Position numbers and translations under genes: made by a program. This document shows, in pieces, positions 12,987-22,702 of a stretch of DNA of 64,000 bases. The stretch is from positions 14,107-78,106 of the forward strand of contig CAJWEM010000002.1 in the NCBI GenBank assembly GCA_913031205.1. Reading direction: 5' to 3'. Below the pieces are notes generated by a model that was not told the origin of the DNA, searched no databases, and saw only the letters and a list, made by a program, of their open reading frames with translations. This stretch comes from an uncultured Gammaproteobacteria bacterium. GTDB taxonomy: Bacteria; Pseudomonadota; Gammaproteobacteria; Poriferisulfidales; GCA-002705445. Positions within the stretch are counted from its first letter, which is position 1. Every line of letters begins with the position of its first letter.

Positions 12987-13753
12987 AAATCGCATCTTGG
13001 AATGTAAATTCTTTGAGAGTTAGGCTTCCACAGGTTCTTTCGTGGCTAAAAAAGAGTGGCGTAGATATATTAGCAATTCAAGAAACAAAAGTTGAAGATA
13101 GCTCTTTCCCGATAAAAGAAATTACAGATGCTGGATTCTTCTGTGATTTTACTGGGCAGAAAACATATAACGGCGTCACAACAATAAGCAAGAAAGCGCC
13201 TTCGGAAACAATTAAGCTTATAAACAACAAAGAACAAGAACAAAAAAGATTTTTACTAACAAGGTATGGGAAAAATTTGTCGGTGCTAAATCTTTATGTT
13301 GTAAATGGTCAAGAAGTGGGCGCTGAGAAATATGAATACAAGCTCTCCTGGCTTAAAAACGTAACAGCGCATTTGAAAAAGGATTTAAAAAAAACTAAAT
13401 ATTACGTTGTGCTTGGAGATTTTAACATTGCGCCTGAAGATGCCGATGTCTACGACCCAGAGGCCTGGAAAGATAAAATTTTATGCAGCAAAAAAGAGAG
13501 GCTGTCTTTGAAAAAGATTTTTGACCTCGGTTTTAAAGATACCTTTAGAATATTTCCCCAAGAAAAGGAACTATTTAGTTGGTGGGATTACAGAACAGGT
13601 GCTTTCAGAAGAAATAGAGGCTTAAGAATTGATTTAATCTTAGCTAATAATAATTTAGCTAATAAATGTATTAAAAGTTATATTGATTTTGAGCCAAGAA
13701 AAAATGAGAGACCCTCGGATCATACGCCTGTAGTTTCCATTTTTGATATATAA
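12983..13753 (+). CDS. xthA: Exodeoxyribonuclease III (AP endonuclease), copy 1
   Basis: 256 aa with an N-terminus W-N-VNS-LR and a C-terminal SDH motif. It overlaps the prlC stop by 4 nt. Confidence 0.88.
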   Translation: MKIASWNVNSLRVRLPQVLSWLKKSGVDILAIQETKVEDSSFPIKEITDAGFFCDFTGQKTYNGVTTISKKAPSETIKLINNKEQEQKRFLLTRYGKNLSVLNLYVVNGQEVGAEKYEYKLSWLKNVTAHLKKDLKKTKYYVVLGDFNIAPEDADVYDPEAWKDKILCSKKERLSLKKIFDLGFKDTFRIFPQEKELFSWWDYRTGAFRRNRGLRIDLILANNNLANKCIKSYIDFEPRKNERPSDHTPVVSIFDI

Positions 13754-13855
13754 AATTATTTAAATTTAATAATAAAAAAATCATTAAAAATTTTATACAA
13801 AACATAAATTAATGATAATATCTTTTAAATAAATATTAATTCAGAGATAATAATT

Positions 13856-14482
13856 ATGAGATCAATTCTTGTTTTAAACTCAAAAGGTGGTTCAGGCAAA
13901 ACAACAATAGCAACGAATCTCGCAAGTTTTTACGCTTCTATTGGCAAATCAGTTGCATTAGTTGATTTAGATACCCAAGAGAGTTCGATAAGTTGGTTGA
14001 GAGCTCGTTCTTCAGCTAAACCGCCAATTATTGGTATAAAGGGTTATGGAGAAAGGGTAAAAAGAGGCGTCGATTATAAAATAATAGACGCGCCTGCTGG
14101 ACTTAATGGAGCAGCTTTAACAAAAGTTTTAAACATGGCTGAAAGTGTCATTATTCCAGTTTTACCATCCCCTATAGATATGCGCGCAGCATCAGAATTT
14201 ATAAAAAACATTAAGAAGCACTCAAGGGTAGTAAAGAAAAAATCCAAAATAGCTCTTGTAGCTAATAGGGGTAGAGACTATACAAACATCTATTGGGAGC
14301 TTGACGATTTCTTAGCAAGTCAGAAAATACCTTTCTTGACAATGATTAGAGATAGCCAAAATTTTATTCGTTGTGCAGAAAAAGGTTTAGGTATTTATGA
14401 GATGGGACCTGCAATGACAGAAGTTGACAGAGAATACTTTGAGCCAATAATTGACTGGCTTAACAGCAAGAGAAGCAGATAA
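13856..14482 (+). CDS. Small ParA/ParF-type deviant Walker A ATPase. It is an orphan: no parB or centromere partner is adjacent.
   Basis: 208 aa with KGGSGKTT (a deviant Walker A with the signature lysine). Its size matches the type Ib ParF/McdA class. Confidence 0.75.
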   Translation: MRSILVLNSKGGSGKTTIATNLASFYASIGKSVALVDLDTQESSISWLRARSSAKPPIIGIKGYGERVKRGVDYKIIDAPAGLNGAALTKVLNMAESVIIPVLPSPIDMRAASEFIKNIKKHSRVVKKKSKIALVANRGRDYTNIYWELDDFLASQKIPFLTMIRDSQNFIRCAEKGLGIYEMGPAMTEVDREYFEPIIDWLNSKRSR

Positions 14483-14487
14483 TTCTC

Positions 14488-15939
14488 TTATCTTCGTGCT
14501 TTCATACTTGCGTGCTTACTTAAAACTATTTTTGAAAGTTCTTTTGCTTTTTCTGTTTTTTTTATTGCCCATAGCCTATCTCTGGCATTTTTTGAAGCTT
14601 CCTTGTTATCAATTATTGGGCTTGGATAATTTGAAAATTCAAGATCACAAAGCCCCTTCTTTTCTATTGGCGTTATTCTCCAGGGCTCATGAACAAGTTC
14701 CGTTGGCAAATTCCTCAACTCTGGCACCCATTTTTTAATAAACTTACCTTTAGGGTCTTGGTCAAAAGACTGTTTAATTGGGTTATAGATTCTTATTGTA
14801 TTTATACCAGTTGTGCCAGATTGCATTTGAAACTGGGAATAGTGTATTCCTGGCTCATAATCTGTAAAAAGCTTGGCAAGGTGCTTGCTTGTTATTCTCC
14901 AGTCCAGCCAAAGTTGGTAAGAAGCAAAGGAAACAAGCATTGCGCGCATACGAAAATTTATCCAACCCCTGTTTTTCAAATAACGCATACAAGCGTCAAC
15001 AAATGGAAAGCCCGTTTGCCCATTCTTCCATGCAATTAAATTTTTCTCATTAAAATCTTCTCTGAGGCCGTCATAAGCTCTATTCATATTTTGGAATTCA
15101 ATTTCAGGTTCGTCATAAAGCTTTTGAATAAAATGACAGTGCCATGCAAGCCTACTCTTAAAAGAATTTAAAGATTTTCTTTTTTCATATGAAAGATTAG
15201 TCTTAAGTGTTTTTTTTAAATAACTATTAATTTCTCTTAAAGAAATTGTTCCATTTGCTATGTGTGGACTTAATCTTGAACAAGATGTTTGCCCTGTTAT
15301 TGGCGATGACATTTCTGTCTGATAATTAACTGATCTCTGGAACAAAAAACTTTCTAATAGAGATAAGGCTCGCAATCGCCCCCCTCTTTGAATGAAATTA
15401 GTACTAATTTGGTTTGTTTTAACTACATATTTTTTGTCCACTTGGGCATTTAAAAATCTACAATTGATATTATTTTTTTTTGGCTCGATAGAAATAAATT
15501 TATTCCATTGATTTGCCCATTCGTGCCTTTTTCTTCTTTCAGATTGGATGCCAAACTGATTAAACTCCTTCCAAGCAATGCTCTTTTCTTTAAATAAGTT
15601 TTTACACTCTGTATCTACGTCTAGTAAATATTTGTTTTTGTATACTTTATTTGAATATATTTCTTGAATATTAAATTTTTCAGTAATCGTTTTAAGAATT
15701 TCAATCGTGTTTCCATAAAAAATATTTAAGTCGGTTTGATAATTTGACTTTAGCTGCTTTTTTAATTCTTCAAGAGAATCTTCTGTAAATTGCAAATGGA
15801 AACTGCTTGAGGTCGGAAGCTTCCAATAACCTCTATCATATATAAAAATAGGCAAGACATCGCCGTCATTACAGGCGTTCAGAAAAGCACAATTATCATC
15901 GGTTCTAAGGTCGAATCTAAACCAAACAATTTTCTTCAT
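14488..15939 (-). CDS. phr: Photolyase/cryptochrome family protein (probable DNA photolyase)
   Basis: 483 aa. The N-terminus IVWFRFDLRTDDN matches the photolyase alpha/beta domain. The C-terminal FAD-binding region TGFPFVDACMRYL..GWINFRMRAMLVSFA..W is also present. Confidence 0.85.
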   Translation of the reverse strand: MKKIVWFRFDLRTDDNCAFLNACNDGDVLPIFIYDRGYWKLPTSSSFHLQFTEDSLEELKKQLKSNYQTDLNIFYGNTIEILKTITEKFNIQEIYSNKVYKNKYLLDVDTECKNLFKEKSIAWKEFNQFGIQSERRKRHEWANQWNKFISIEPKKNNINCRFLNAQVDKKYVVKTNQISTNFIQRGGRLRALSLLESFLFQRSVNYQTEMSSPITGQTSCSRLSPHIANGTISLREINSYLKKTLKTNLSYEKRKSLNSFKSRLAWHCHFIQKLYDEPEIEFQNMNRAYDGLREDFNEKNLIAWKNGQTGFPFVDACMRYLKNRGWINFRMRAMLVSFASYQLWLDWRITSKHLAKLFTDYEPGIHYSQFQMQSGTTGINTIRIYNPIKQSFDQDPKGKFIKKWVPELRNLPTELVHEPWRITPIEKKGLCDLEFSNYPSPIIDNKEASKNARDRLWAIKKTEKAKELSKIVLSKHASMKARR

Positions 15940-16032
15940 GAATTAAAAATCTATAAAATTTAGAAAAGACAAATATATATGACTTGTGTAAAAATTAAAC
16001 TTTACAAAATTTTACACAACTTATTACACAGC

Positions 16033-16344
16033 TTATTCTAGACAAGTATTTTCATCACACTTAACGACAAATTTGTTTGATTTCTCCACGCAAGTAACCT
16101 CATAAACTTGATAGTCTTTATCTTCCGAGTCAATGATTTTTGCGCTTGAACCATTTATACAACCTCTTTTTTCGAGAAGTCTTTTAATACCTATTTTACT
16201 TGAGCTTTTTGTTTGTTTTTCTTGTTCTTGATATTCCTTGGTACCTTCTTCTAACCAATCTTTGATGCCTGAAGATTCTATCTTAGAACAACTTGTGAGA
16301 ATCGATAGCGCGGAAAGATAGAAAAGTATAGACGAGCTCTTCAT
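16033..16344 (-). CDS. Small lipoprotein with a 4-Cys C-terminal domain, paralogous to the upstream gene
   Basis: Start at MKSSSILFYLSALSILTSC (lipobox LTSC). The C-terminus YEVTCVEKSNKFVVKCDENTCLE is shared with the neighbouring gene. Its ATG overlaps the upstream stop as ATGA. Confidence 0.6.
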   Translation of the reverse strand: MKSSSILFYLSALSILTSCSKIESSGIKDWLEEGTKEYQEQEKQTKSSSKIGIKRLLEKRGCINGSSAKIIDSEDKDYQVYEVTCVEKSNKFVVKCDENTCLE

Positions 16345-17198
16345 TGCAAGACTTCGCAGCCGCCAGGACCACAATCAAATATCATTCGTTTTACTTCTTT
16401 AATACAATTCACCTCATAAAGCTCTCTTTTTTTTGTCTTCTTTACTAAATTTATTTCGCTTGATTTATTGCACGAGTATTCATCAATTAAAGTTTCCGCT
16501 ACAGCCCCAATATATTTTTTCTTCTTTGATTTTGTTACTTCTATTTTGTCCAACATTTCATTTTCTTTAAGCACTGACATTTGGGGGTTTTCAGTCATAT
16601 CATCAAAATTAACATTTAAATCGTCAGAGCTTTCTAATCCAACCAACATTTCATCTTCTACTTGGGCATACCCAATAACTCCTTTTTTATACGCGGATAA
16701 GTGGCTCTTCAAAAAGCTATTAAATGCAAAGTAGTGTTTATGAATAAAATTTTTACAATTTCTTGCACAATCAGCTTTTATCTTTATTTCATTCATCCTG
16801 CCTTTTGGAACTCGAGAAACCTTAAAGACGATTCGATTATCTTTGCTATCTCGCAGCTCAAGTTTGGTCTCTAAAAGATTTTTTGTCTCAACTTTTAAAT
16901 CCTTTTTGTATTTTGATTTTTGAGTAAGCCATTTTTTTGCTGTATCCCAAAGAAGATTGCATTCAGTTGAGTTAGCGCATTGCGCAAAATTTTCTGCGCC
17001 TTGACGAACTTCAGCATCTGTTAAATGATCGTCATCACCGTATCCTGTGTAATATTCGTCTAGCACTCTTTCATAATTTGGATCGTCCAGAGAAATATCT
17101 TCGTCGTCTCCAAAGCTTATATCAGGCAGCTCAACACCACCGCAGCTGGCGACAAATACCATCGGTAAAATAGCAGTAAATTTAAAAAATTTTCTCAT
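16341..17198 (-). CDS. Lipoprotein of unknown function with the same 4-Cys C-terminal domain
   Basis: Likely start MRKFFKFTAILPMVFVASCGG (lipobox VASC) at 17198. The C-terminus is YEVNCIKEVKRMIFDCGPGGCEV. Confidence 0.6.
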   Translation of the reverse strand: MRKFFKFTAILPMVFVASCGGVELPDISFGDDEDISLDDPNYERVLDEYYTGYGDDDHLTDAEVRQGAENFAQCANSTECNLLWDTAKKWLTQKSKYKKDLKVETKNLLETKLELRDSKDNRIVFKVSRVPKGRMNEIKIKADCARNCKNFIHKHYFAFNSFLKSHLSAYKKGVIGYAQVEDEMLVGLESSDDLNVNFDDMTENPQMSVLKENEMLDKIEVTKSKKKKYIGAVAETLIDEYSCNKSSEINLVKKTKKRELYEVNCIKEVKRMIFDCGPGGCEVLQ

Positions 17199-17624
17199 TA
17201 AGAATTTTCTTGCAAATGTAAAATGGTAATAATACACATATATTTCATTTAATAAAGAAGTGCAATTCAAATGATAAATTGTGATTTTTTGCCAAAAGCT
17301 TTTAATTAATTGTTTTTATTATATTTATTTTAAATCTGTATTCATTAGTAATTTATAATAAACTTAATAAGTAAATACTTATATATAATTGATTTTATTA
17401 GTGTTATTGCCCTTTTTTGGTTGACTTGGTGCGAAAGAACGTTCAAAATTGACAAATCCTGCAGAAATGTGGGAGGTGCTACAGACAACGGAATGTCGAG
17501 ATTGTATTGGAAGTTAATATGATTCATAACAATAAGAAATTGGTAGCATCATAGTGGGGGGAGGTAAATTAAGTTTTGTTAGATCCCTCTTAAAAAATAA
17601 TTAAGACAATTATTAGGAGTCCTA

Positions 17625-18941
17625 ATGAAAATAAAAATCTTAGCAAGTATGCTAGCCGGAGCATTGGCCATGCTTCCTGTTACTGCAAACGCAGGCTGGG
17701 GCGGTGGTGGTGTTGGACCTTACGGGGATCCAATCACAATCTACGGATGGCAAAACCATACTTATGAAATCGTAGAACAAGGTGCGGAAGGTTCGCAAGT
17801 TGATAAAACTATGATTAATGGTAACGCTGGTAACATTGGTTTTCTTGGCTTTGTTGACACAGGCATTGAAGGTCTAAAAGTTACATGGCGTTGTGAACAG
17901 TTCACATACATGAACGACTACGCTGGTACAGGTGGTTGGTGTAACCGTAACTCAAAAGTTGGTATCTCGGGATCATTTGGTGAAATTATGTTCGCTAACT
18001 GGTTATTACCTTATAACGAAATGGTCGCTGGTTGGGTTGACCCATGGTATGACGCTGGTACAGCTTCTCATACAAACATTATGGGTTCTGTTGGTGCATA
18101 CACAATCTTCTATAACTTAGGAGACTTTGGATCACAAACATTTATATCCTACAGTGCTTATGGCGGTATCTACAACATGGGTTTCAACAGACGTCAAGAA
18201 GAAATCCTACAATACATGGGTTCTACTGGTAAAGTCTCATACAGATTTGCTGTAACAGCTGATATGAGTCAAGACGCTACTTCTGCAAGAGGAAGTGCAA
18301 AAACTGACCCAGTTATTTACTCAATGGGTGTCGCATACAGTGACGGTCCTTTCTGGGGTGCTTTAACTTATCAGAAGCACGAAGAATGGGCAGCAACATT
18401 ACTAGATGGAGCAACAATGTCGGATTCTGAAGCAGAATCATGGCGTATTGCTGGTCGTTACATCATGGACCTAGGAAATGGTGGAAGTTTAACTCTTTCT
18501 GCTATGTTTGAAAACGTAGAGTACGAGTTTAATAACACAACAACTCCAGGTGCTGCATTACAAGACTTTGGTTTCCATAGTTCAGTATTTGCAGGTGGTA
18601 CAGCGAACACAGACGTTAAATTCGATCGTGATGCTTTCCTAATTTCTGGTAAATATGCTCCAGGCGGAAACTTTGACTTCCGTTTCATGTACGCTGAAGC
18701 TGATGAGTTAGATATGAGTGCTACAAGTTTATCTACAGATAACTCTTCACAAACTGGTGCTGACACAACATTATTTGGTGTGTTCTACGCATTAGGTGAT
18801 TCAACAGAATTAAACGTCTCATATATTGAGGTTGAAAACGACAGATACGCTGCATACGGTACAGGTATTAGTGCGTTAGGTTCTGGTACAACAAACAACC
18901 AAGTTGAAGTAATTCAGTTCGGTATATTAACAATGTTCTAA
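17625..18941 (+). CDS. Outer-membrane beta-barrel protein (putative porin), probably highly expressed
   Basis: Signal peptide ...PVTANA. The composition is Gly/Tyr/Thr/Asn-rich with alternating residues, and there is a C-terminal Phe (QFGILTMF). A strong RBS (AGGAG) precedes the start. Codon usage (ggt/gct/tac/aac/cgt) differs from the rest of the window. Confidence 0.75.
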   Translation: MKIKILASMLAGALAMLPVTANAGWGGGGVGPYGDPITIYGWQNHTYEIVEQGAEGSQVDKTMINGNAGNIGFLGFVDTGIEGLKVTWRCEQFTYMNDYAGTGGWCNRNSKVGISGSFGEIMFANWLLPYNEMVAGWVDPWYDAGTASHTNIMGSVGAYTIFYNLGDFGSQTFISYSAYGGIYNMGFNRRQEEILQYMGSTGKVSYRFAVTADMSQDATSARGSAKTDPVIYSMGVAYSDGPFWGALTYQKHEEWAATLLDGATMSDSEAESWRIAGRYIMDLGNGGSLTLSAMFENVEYEFNNTTTPGAALQDFGFHSSVFAGGTANTDVKFDRDAFLISGKYAPGGNFDFRFMYAEADELDMSATSLSTDNSSQTGADTTLFGVFYALGDSTELNVSYIEVENDRYAAYGTGISALGSGTTNNQVEVIQFGILTMF

Positions 18942-18966
18942 GAATCTCTTAGAATTTTTGTATATG

Positions 18967-18998
18967 AACAGGCGCTTTTATAGCGCCTGTTTTTTTTG
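18967..18998 (+). terminator. Rho-independent terminator after the porin gene
   Basis: aacaggcgc-ttttata-gcgcctgtt forms a 9-bp GC-rich stem, followed by a T7 tract. Confidence 0.85.
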
Positions 18999-19049
18999 CA
19001 GGAAATTTATATTAAATGGTAATATAGTACAATTAATAAAAAATAAAAT

Positions 19050-19964
19050 ATGAAAATGTTCACAAAGCTATCAATTACGAAAAGTAAGTTAATCCTTTTG
19101 TCGCTTGTAATTATTTCAAGCAAGAATTCAATTGCGAATTGTAGCAAAGAAGATATAGATTATTATTTAAAGAAAGGTTTTACTACAGAACAAGTTACAG
19201 CGTTATGTAGTGCCGATGAGCTTACAAACATTAAAGAAGATGTATACAAATCATACGGTGATGAGTATGCAGACGAACAAGACGAAGAGTATTTAAGAAA
19301 AATGCGAATTGAAAGACAAGTCTTTTTTAAATCCTCCCTTGGCGCGCAAAATGTAAATATTAGAAGAGATAAATTAACCTTCATTGTATATGAATGTGCA
19401 AAAGAGGGCCTTGCAAAGCCTGGGTCAGAATTTAATAAGAAAGGTTGTGCTGAAGTTTTGATAACAATTAAACTTTCTGAAGTTGAAGTTATTGAGAAAG
19501 AATTCAAGGAAAAAGTTTTCTTTGGAAATAGGCAAATTTTAGTGAAAGGAAATGTTACATCAAAAATTATTGGCGGGATGGAAGAATTAAACCAGTATGA
19601 TGCTGACGTTCTAAAAAATAAAATACTTGCAAGACTTGCAAAAAATAAGGGACAAGTTTTGGTGCCAATAAAAAAGGGACTTAACTTTGAATATGCTTTA
19701 GGGACTTTTAAGGAAATTGTTGCTTTTCATAAGGATATTGAGAACAAAAAAAGAGGAACGAATAATTTAGGCGGTGGATTGACTTTTGATGAAACAAACG
19801 AGCCGCAAGATTATATAATTGAGAAGGAAAAGAAAGCTATTAAATTGTCTAATGATGAAGATGAAGAAATTGTGGATGGCACTTTAGTTTTCGATGATTT
19901 AGATTCGTTTGAGGGCAATACTGATAGAGGAGTTAGTGATATTCCTGATGATGTTTTTAATTAA
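19050..19964 (+). CDS. Secreted hypothetical protein with an acidic C-terminus
   Basis: 304 aa ORF with an N-terminal signal peptide (KLILLSLVIISS) and an Asp/Glu-rich tail. No motif I recognise. Confidence 0.5.
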   Translation: MKMFTKLSITKSKLILLSLVIISSKNSIANCSKEDIDYYLKKGFTTEQVTALCSADELTNIKEDVYKSYGDEYADEQDEEYLRKMRIERQVFFKSSLGAQNVNIRRDKLTFIVYECAKEGLAKPGSEFNKKGCAEVLITIKLSEVEVIEKEFKEKVFFGNRQILVKGNVTSKIIGGMEELNQYDADVLKNKILARLAKNKGQVLVPIKKGLNFEYALGTFKEIVAFHKDIENKKRGTNNLGGGLTFDETNEPQDYIIEKEKKAIKLSNDEDEEIVDGTLVFDDLDSFEGNTDRGVSDIPDDVFN

Positions 19965-21496
19965 TTTTCTTTTATTAAGCTGTCGCTAGTCATCTCTTTT
20001 GGTTTAGGAATTCCCATCAATGTTAGAACAGTTGGCGTAACATTTGAAAGCCCTCCATTATTGTTTATTATCTCCCACTTCTTATTATTATCTATAATAA
20101 TACAGGGCACAGGGTTTCTAGAGTGTTGAGTATTTGGATTACCTGTTTTTGGGTTGTTAATTTCGTCACAATTGCCATGATCTGCCGTAATAAGTGTAGC
20201 TACATTTGCACCAAGTGCTTCGCATACAACCTCGCCTAGAGCCGCATCTAACTCACTCATAGCCTGTATAATTGCATCTTTGATAGCAGTGTGGCCAACC
20301 ATATCTCCATTTGCAAAGTTTACGACAATTAATTTATATTCTTCGTTTTTAATTGCCCTTATCACTTCTTCAGCAACTTCTCTGCAACTCATTTCAGGTT
20401 TAAGGTCGTAGGTTGCAACATTTGGGGATGGTATAAGGACCCTTTTCTCTCCAGGATACGGATCTTCTCTTCCCCCATTAATAAAATATGTAACATGTGG
20501 GTATTTTTCGGTTTCAGCACAATGAAATTGTTTTAAGCCAAGATCACTTACTACACTTCCAAGTGTAACTTCAGGGCATTTAGTTCTGAATGCAACTGGG
20601 CAAGACAAAAAAGGGTCATATTCTGTCATAGTAGTTATTGAGTATGCAGTGTTATTGTTAGTTCTTCTAAAGTTATCAAACCTTTCAACATTTAAAGCAC
20701 GAGCTATTTGTCGAGTTCTATCGTTTCGAAAGTTGAAAAATAATAATGAATCACTTTTGTTTAATGGTTTTGCTCCATCAAGCACAGTTGGCAGGATAAA
20801 TTCATCAGTAACATTTTTATCATATGATGAATTTATGACTTCTTTATAATTATTAGCAGAGAGGCCTTTATTGTTTACGATGGCGTCCCATGCAAGTTCA
20901 GTTCTATCCCATTTCTGATCTCTATCCATCGCGTAATACCTTCCGCAAATTGTATATATTTCTCCACCATACTCTTCGAGACATGTATTTAGGTCATCAA
21001 GAATGCTCATACCAGATCTAGGATCGTCATCTCTCCCATCTGTAAATATGTGAAGCTTTGGTGATACACCATATGATTTACACATTTTCAAAATAGCTAC
21101 CAAATGGTCTATGTGCGAATGAACTCCGCCAGGAGAAGCGAGCCCAAGTAAATGTAAATCGTTATCGCTATCCTTGACAGAAAGAATGGAGTTGAGAATT
21201 GCCTCATTTTTGAAAAAACTCCCATCTTTAATTGATTCGTTAATTACCACAAGATCTTGTTTGAAAATTTTCCCTGAACCGATAATCATATGTCCCACCT
21301 CAGAGTTACCCATTTGCCCATCTGGAAGACCAACACTTTGTCCTGATGCCTGAATAGCTGTCGAAGGGTAATCTTTTAGCAATAGATCAATATTTGGGGT
21401 ATCAGCAAGCGACCAACCATTATTATCGCCTTTTGGGCCAATACCGACACCATCAAGAACAATTAATAAAGCTCTGTTAACGTCATTTTTAGTCAT
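19961..21496 (-). CDS. gpmI: 2,3-bisphosphoglycerate-independent phosphoglycerate mutase
   Basis: 511 aa. N-terminus LIVLDGVGIG, with a metal-binding ...TADHGN... motif near the C-terminus. Confidence 0.92.
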   Translation of the reverse strand: MTKNDVNRALLIVLDGVGIGPKGDNNGWSLADTPNIDLLLKDYPSTAIQASGQSVGLPDGQMGNSEVGHMIIGSGKIFKQDLVVINESIKDGSFFKNEAILNSILSVKDSDNDLHLLGLASPGGVHSHIDHLVAILKMCKSYGVSPKLHIFTDGRDDDPRSGMSILDDLNTCLEEYGGEIYTICGRYYAMDRDQKWDRTELAWDAIVNNKGLSANNYKEVINSSYDKNVTDEFILPTVLDGAKPLNKSDSLLFFNFRNDRTRQIARALNVERFDNFRRTNNNTAYSITTMTEYDPFLSCPVAFRTKCPEVTLGSVVSDLGLKQFHCAETEKYPHVTYFINGGREDPYPGEKRVLIPSPNVATYDLKPEMSCREVAEEVIRAIKNEEYKLIVVNFANGDMVGHTAIKDAIIQAMSELDAALGEVVCEALGANVATLITADHGNCDEINNPKTGNPNTQHSRNPVPCIIIDNNKKWEIINNNGGLSNVTPTVLTLMGIPKPKEMTSDSLIKEN

Positions 21497-21535
21497 TGTT
21501 TTTTTGAAATATTTGTCTCCAATAATTTTAACAAA

Positions 21536-22273
21536 TTAAGTGGTATTTGACTTACCTTTATTTTTACTTACTAATTTGGCTAACATTAGGCCAAACTCAA
21601 ATAGCATCCAAATTGGGAGTGCCAATAATATTTGAGAAATAACGTCAGGAGGTGTGAGAATCATGCCTAATATGAAAGCAAAAACAATTATATAAGGTCT
21701 TTTCCTAGATAAGGAATCTGCTGTGCTGATACCCAGCATTACTGTTAAGAAAGTAATTATTGGGACTTCAAATGCTAAACCAAAAGCAAAAAATATTTTT
21801 ATAGCAAAATTTAGAAAACTATTTATATCTGTGGCAATTTGAATCCCTTCAGGCGCAATGCTCGTAAAAAAGTTAAATATTAATGGGAACACAATAAAAT
21901 AGGCGAATAAAATTCCTAAATAAAAGAGTAAAGTACTTGAAATTAATATTGGCGCAACAAATCGTTTTTCATTTGTATAAAGACCAGGTGAGACGAATGC
22001 CCAAAAATTATAAATAATTACGGGAAAAGTTATTACAATAGAAAGCAACAAAATTAACTTGAATGGTGCAAGAAATGGAGAAGCAACATCAACTGCAATC
22101 ATACTCGAACCCTGGGGAAGAACATTTGTCAATGGCAAGGCTAATAAATTATAAAGATAATTTGCAAAAGGTGATAATAATATAGCGCATATCAATACCG
22201 CAGATAATATTGTTAGCAACCTACTTCTTAGTTCAAGTAGATGGCTAGTTAAAGAATTTTTGTTATTTTTCAT
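21536..22273 (-). CDS. tatC: Sec-independent protein translocase TatC
   Basis: 245 aa, six TM segments, N-terminus LTSHLLELRSRLL. Confidence 0.92.
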   Translation of the reverse strand: MKNNKNSLTSHLLELRSRLLTILSAVLICAILLSPFANYLYNLLALPLTNVLPQGSSMIAVDVASPFLAPFKLILLLSIVITFPVIIYNFWAFVSPGLYTNEKRFVAPILISSTLLFYLGILFAYFIVFPLIFNFFTSIAPEGIQIATDINSFLNFAIKIFFAFGLAFEVPIITFLTVMLGISTADSLSRKRPYIIVFAFILGMILTPPDVISQILLALPIWMLFEFGLMLAKLVSKNKGKSNTT

Positions 22274-22511
22274 CTGGGTCTATTTTTTTTTCAAACTCTG
22301 AAAGCTCTTCCTTTTGGTCTTCAATGATCTTCTTTATATCTTTCATCCTAGTTTCATTCTCAACGCTAGTTTTAACATTGTTAGCAAAGTCTTTAATTTT
22401 TTTTATAAACATACCAAACTGAGTGGCAAAACTTGGAAGTCTTTCAGGGCCCAAAACAATTAGGCTTATGATTAAGATGAGAGCTAATTCCCAGAAACCA
22501 AAATCAAACAT
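22263..22511 (-). CDS. tatB: Sec-independent translocase TatB
   Basis: 82 aa. It begins MFDFGFWELALILIISLIVLGPERLP, the TatA/B fold, and has a longer amphipathic tail. Confidence 0.85.
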   Translation of the reverse strand: MFDFGFWELALILIISLIVLGPERLPSFATQFGMFIKKIKDFANNVKTSVENETRMKDIKKIIEDQKEELSEFEKKIDPDEK

Positions 22512-22526
22512 CTATAACACCTTGAT

Positions 22527-22682
22527 TTATTCCTTATCTGATTTATCGTCATTTACTGATTTTTTGAAATTTTTGATAGCACTTCCCAAGTCACCACCAA
22601 TATTTCTCAATTTTTTTGTTCCAAAAAGCAATAGAACGATTGCAAAAATTAGTAATAAAGACCAAATACTTATCCCAGCCAT
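22527..22682 (-). CDS. tatA: Sec-independent translocase TatA
   Basis: Manual translation gives [51 protein letters not shown] (51 aa). It is shorter than the ORF-track cutoff. Confidence 0.88.
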   Translation of the reverse strand: MAGISIWSLLLIFAIVLLLFGTKKLRNIGGDLGSAIKNFKKSVNDDKSDKE

Positions 22683-22702
22683 TTTATAACTCCTATAATT
22701 AG

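Noticed and set aside
14451-14738. 95-aa plus-strand ORF spanning the parA-like/photolyase junction.
   Set aside because: It is antisense to the well-supported photolyase C-terminus and has a hydrophobic low-complexity translation.
17345-17527. 60-aa minus-strand ORF in the leader region of the first OMP gene.
   Set aside because: Same reasoning: AT-rich chance ORF with no RBS. The region is more likely a 5' UTR/promoter.
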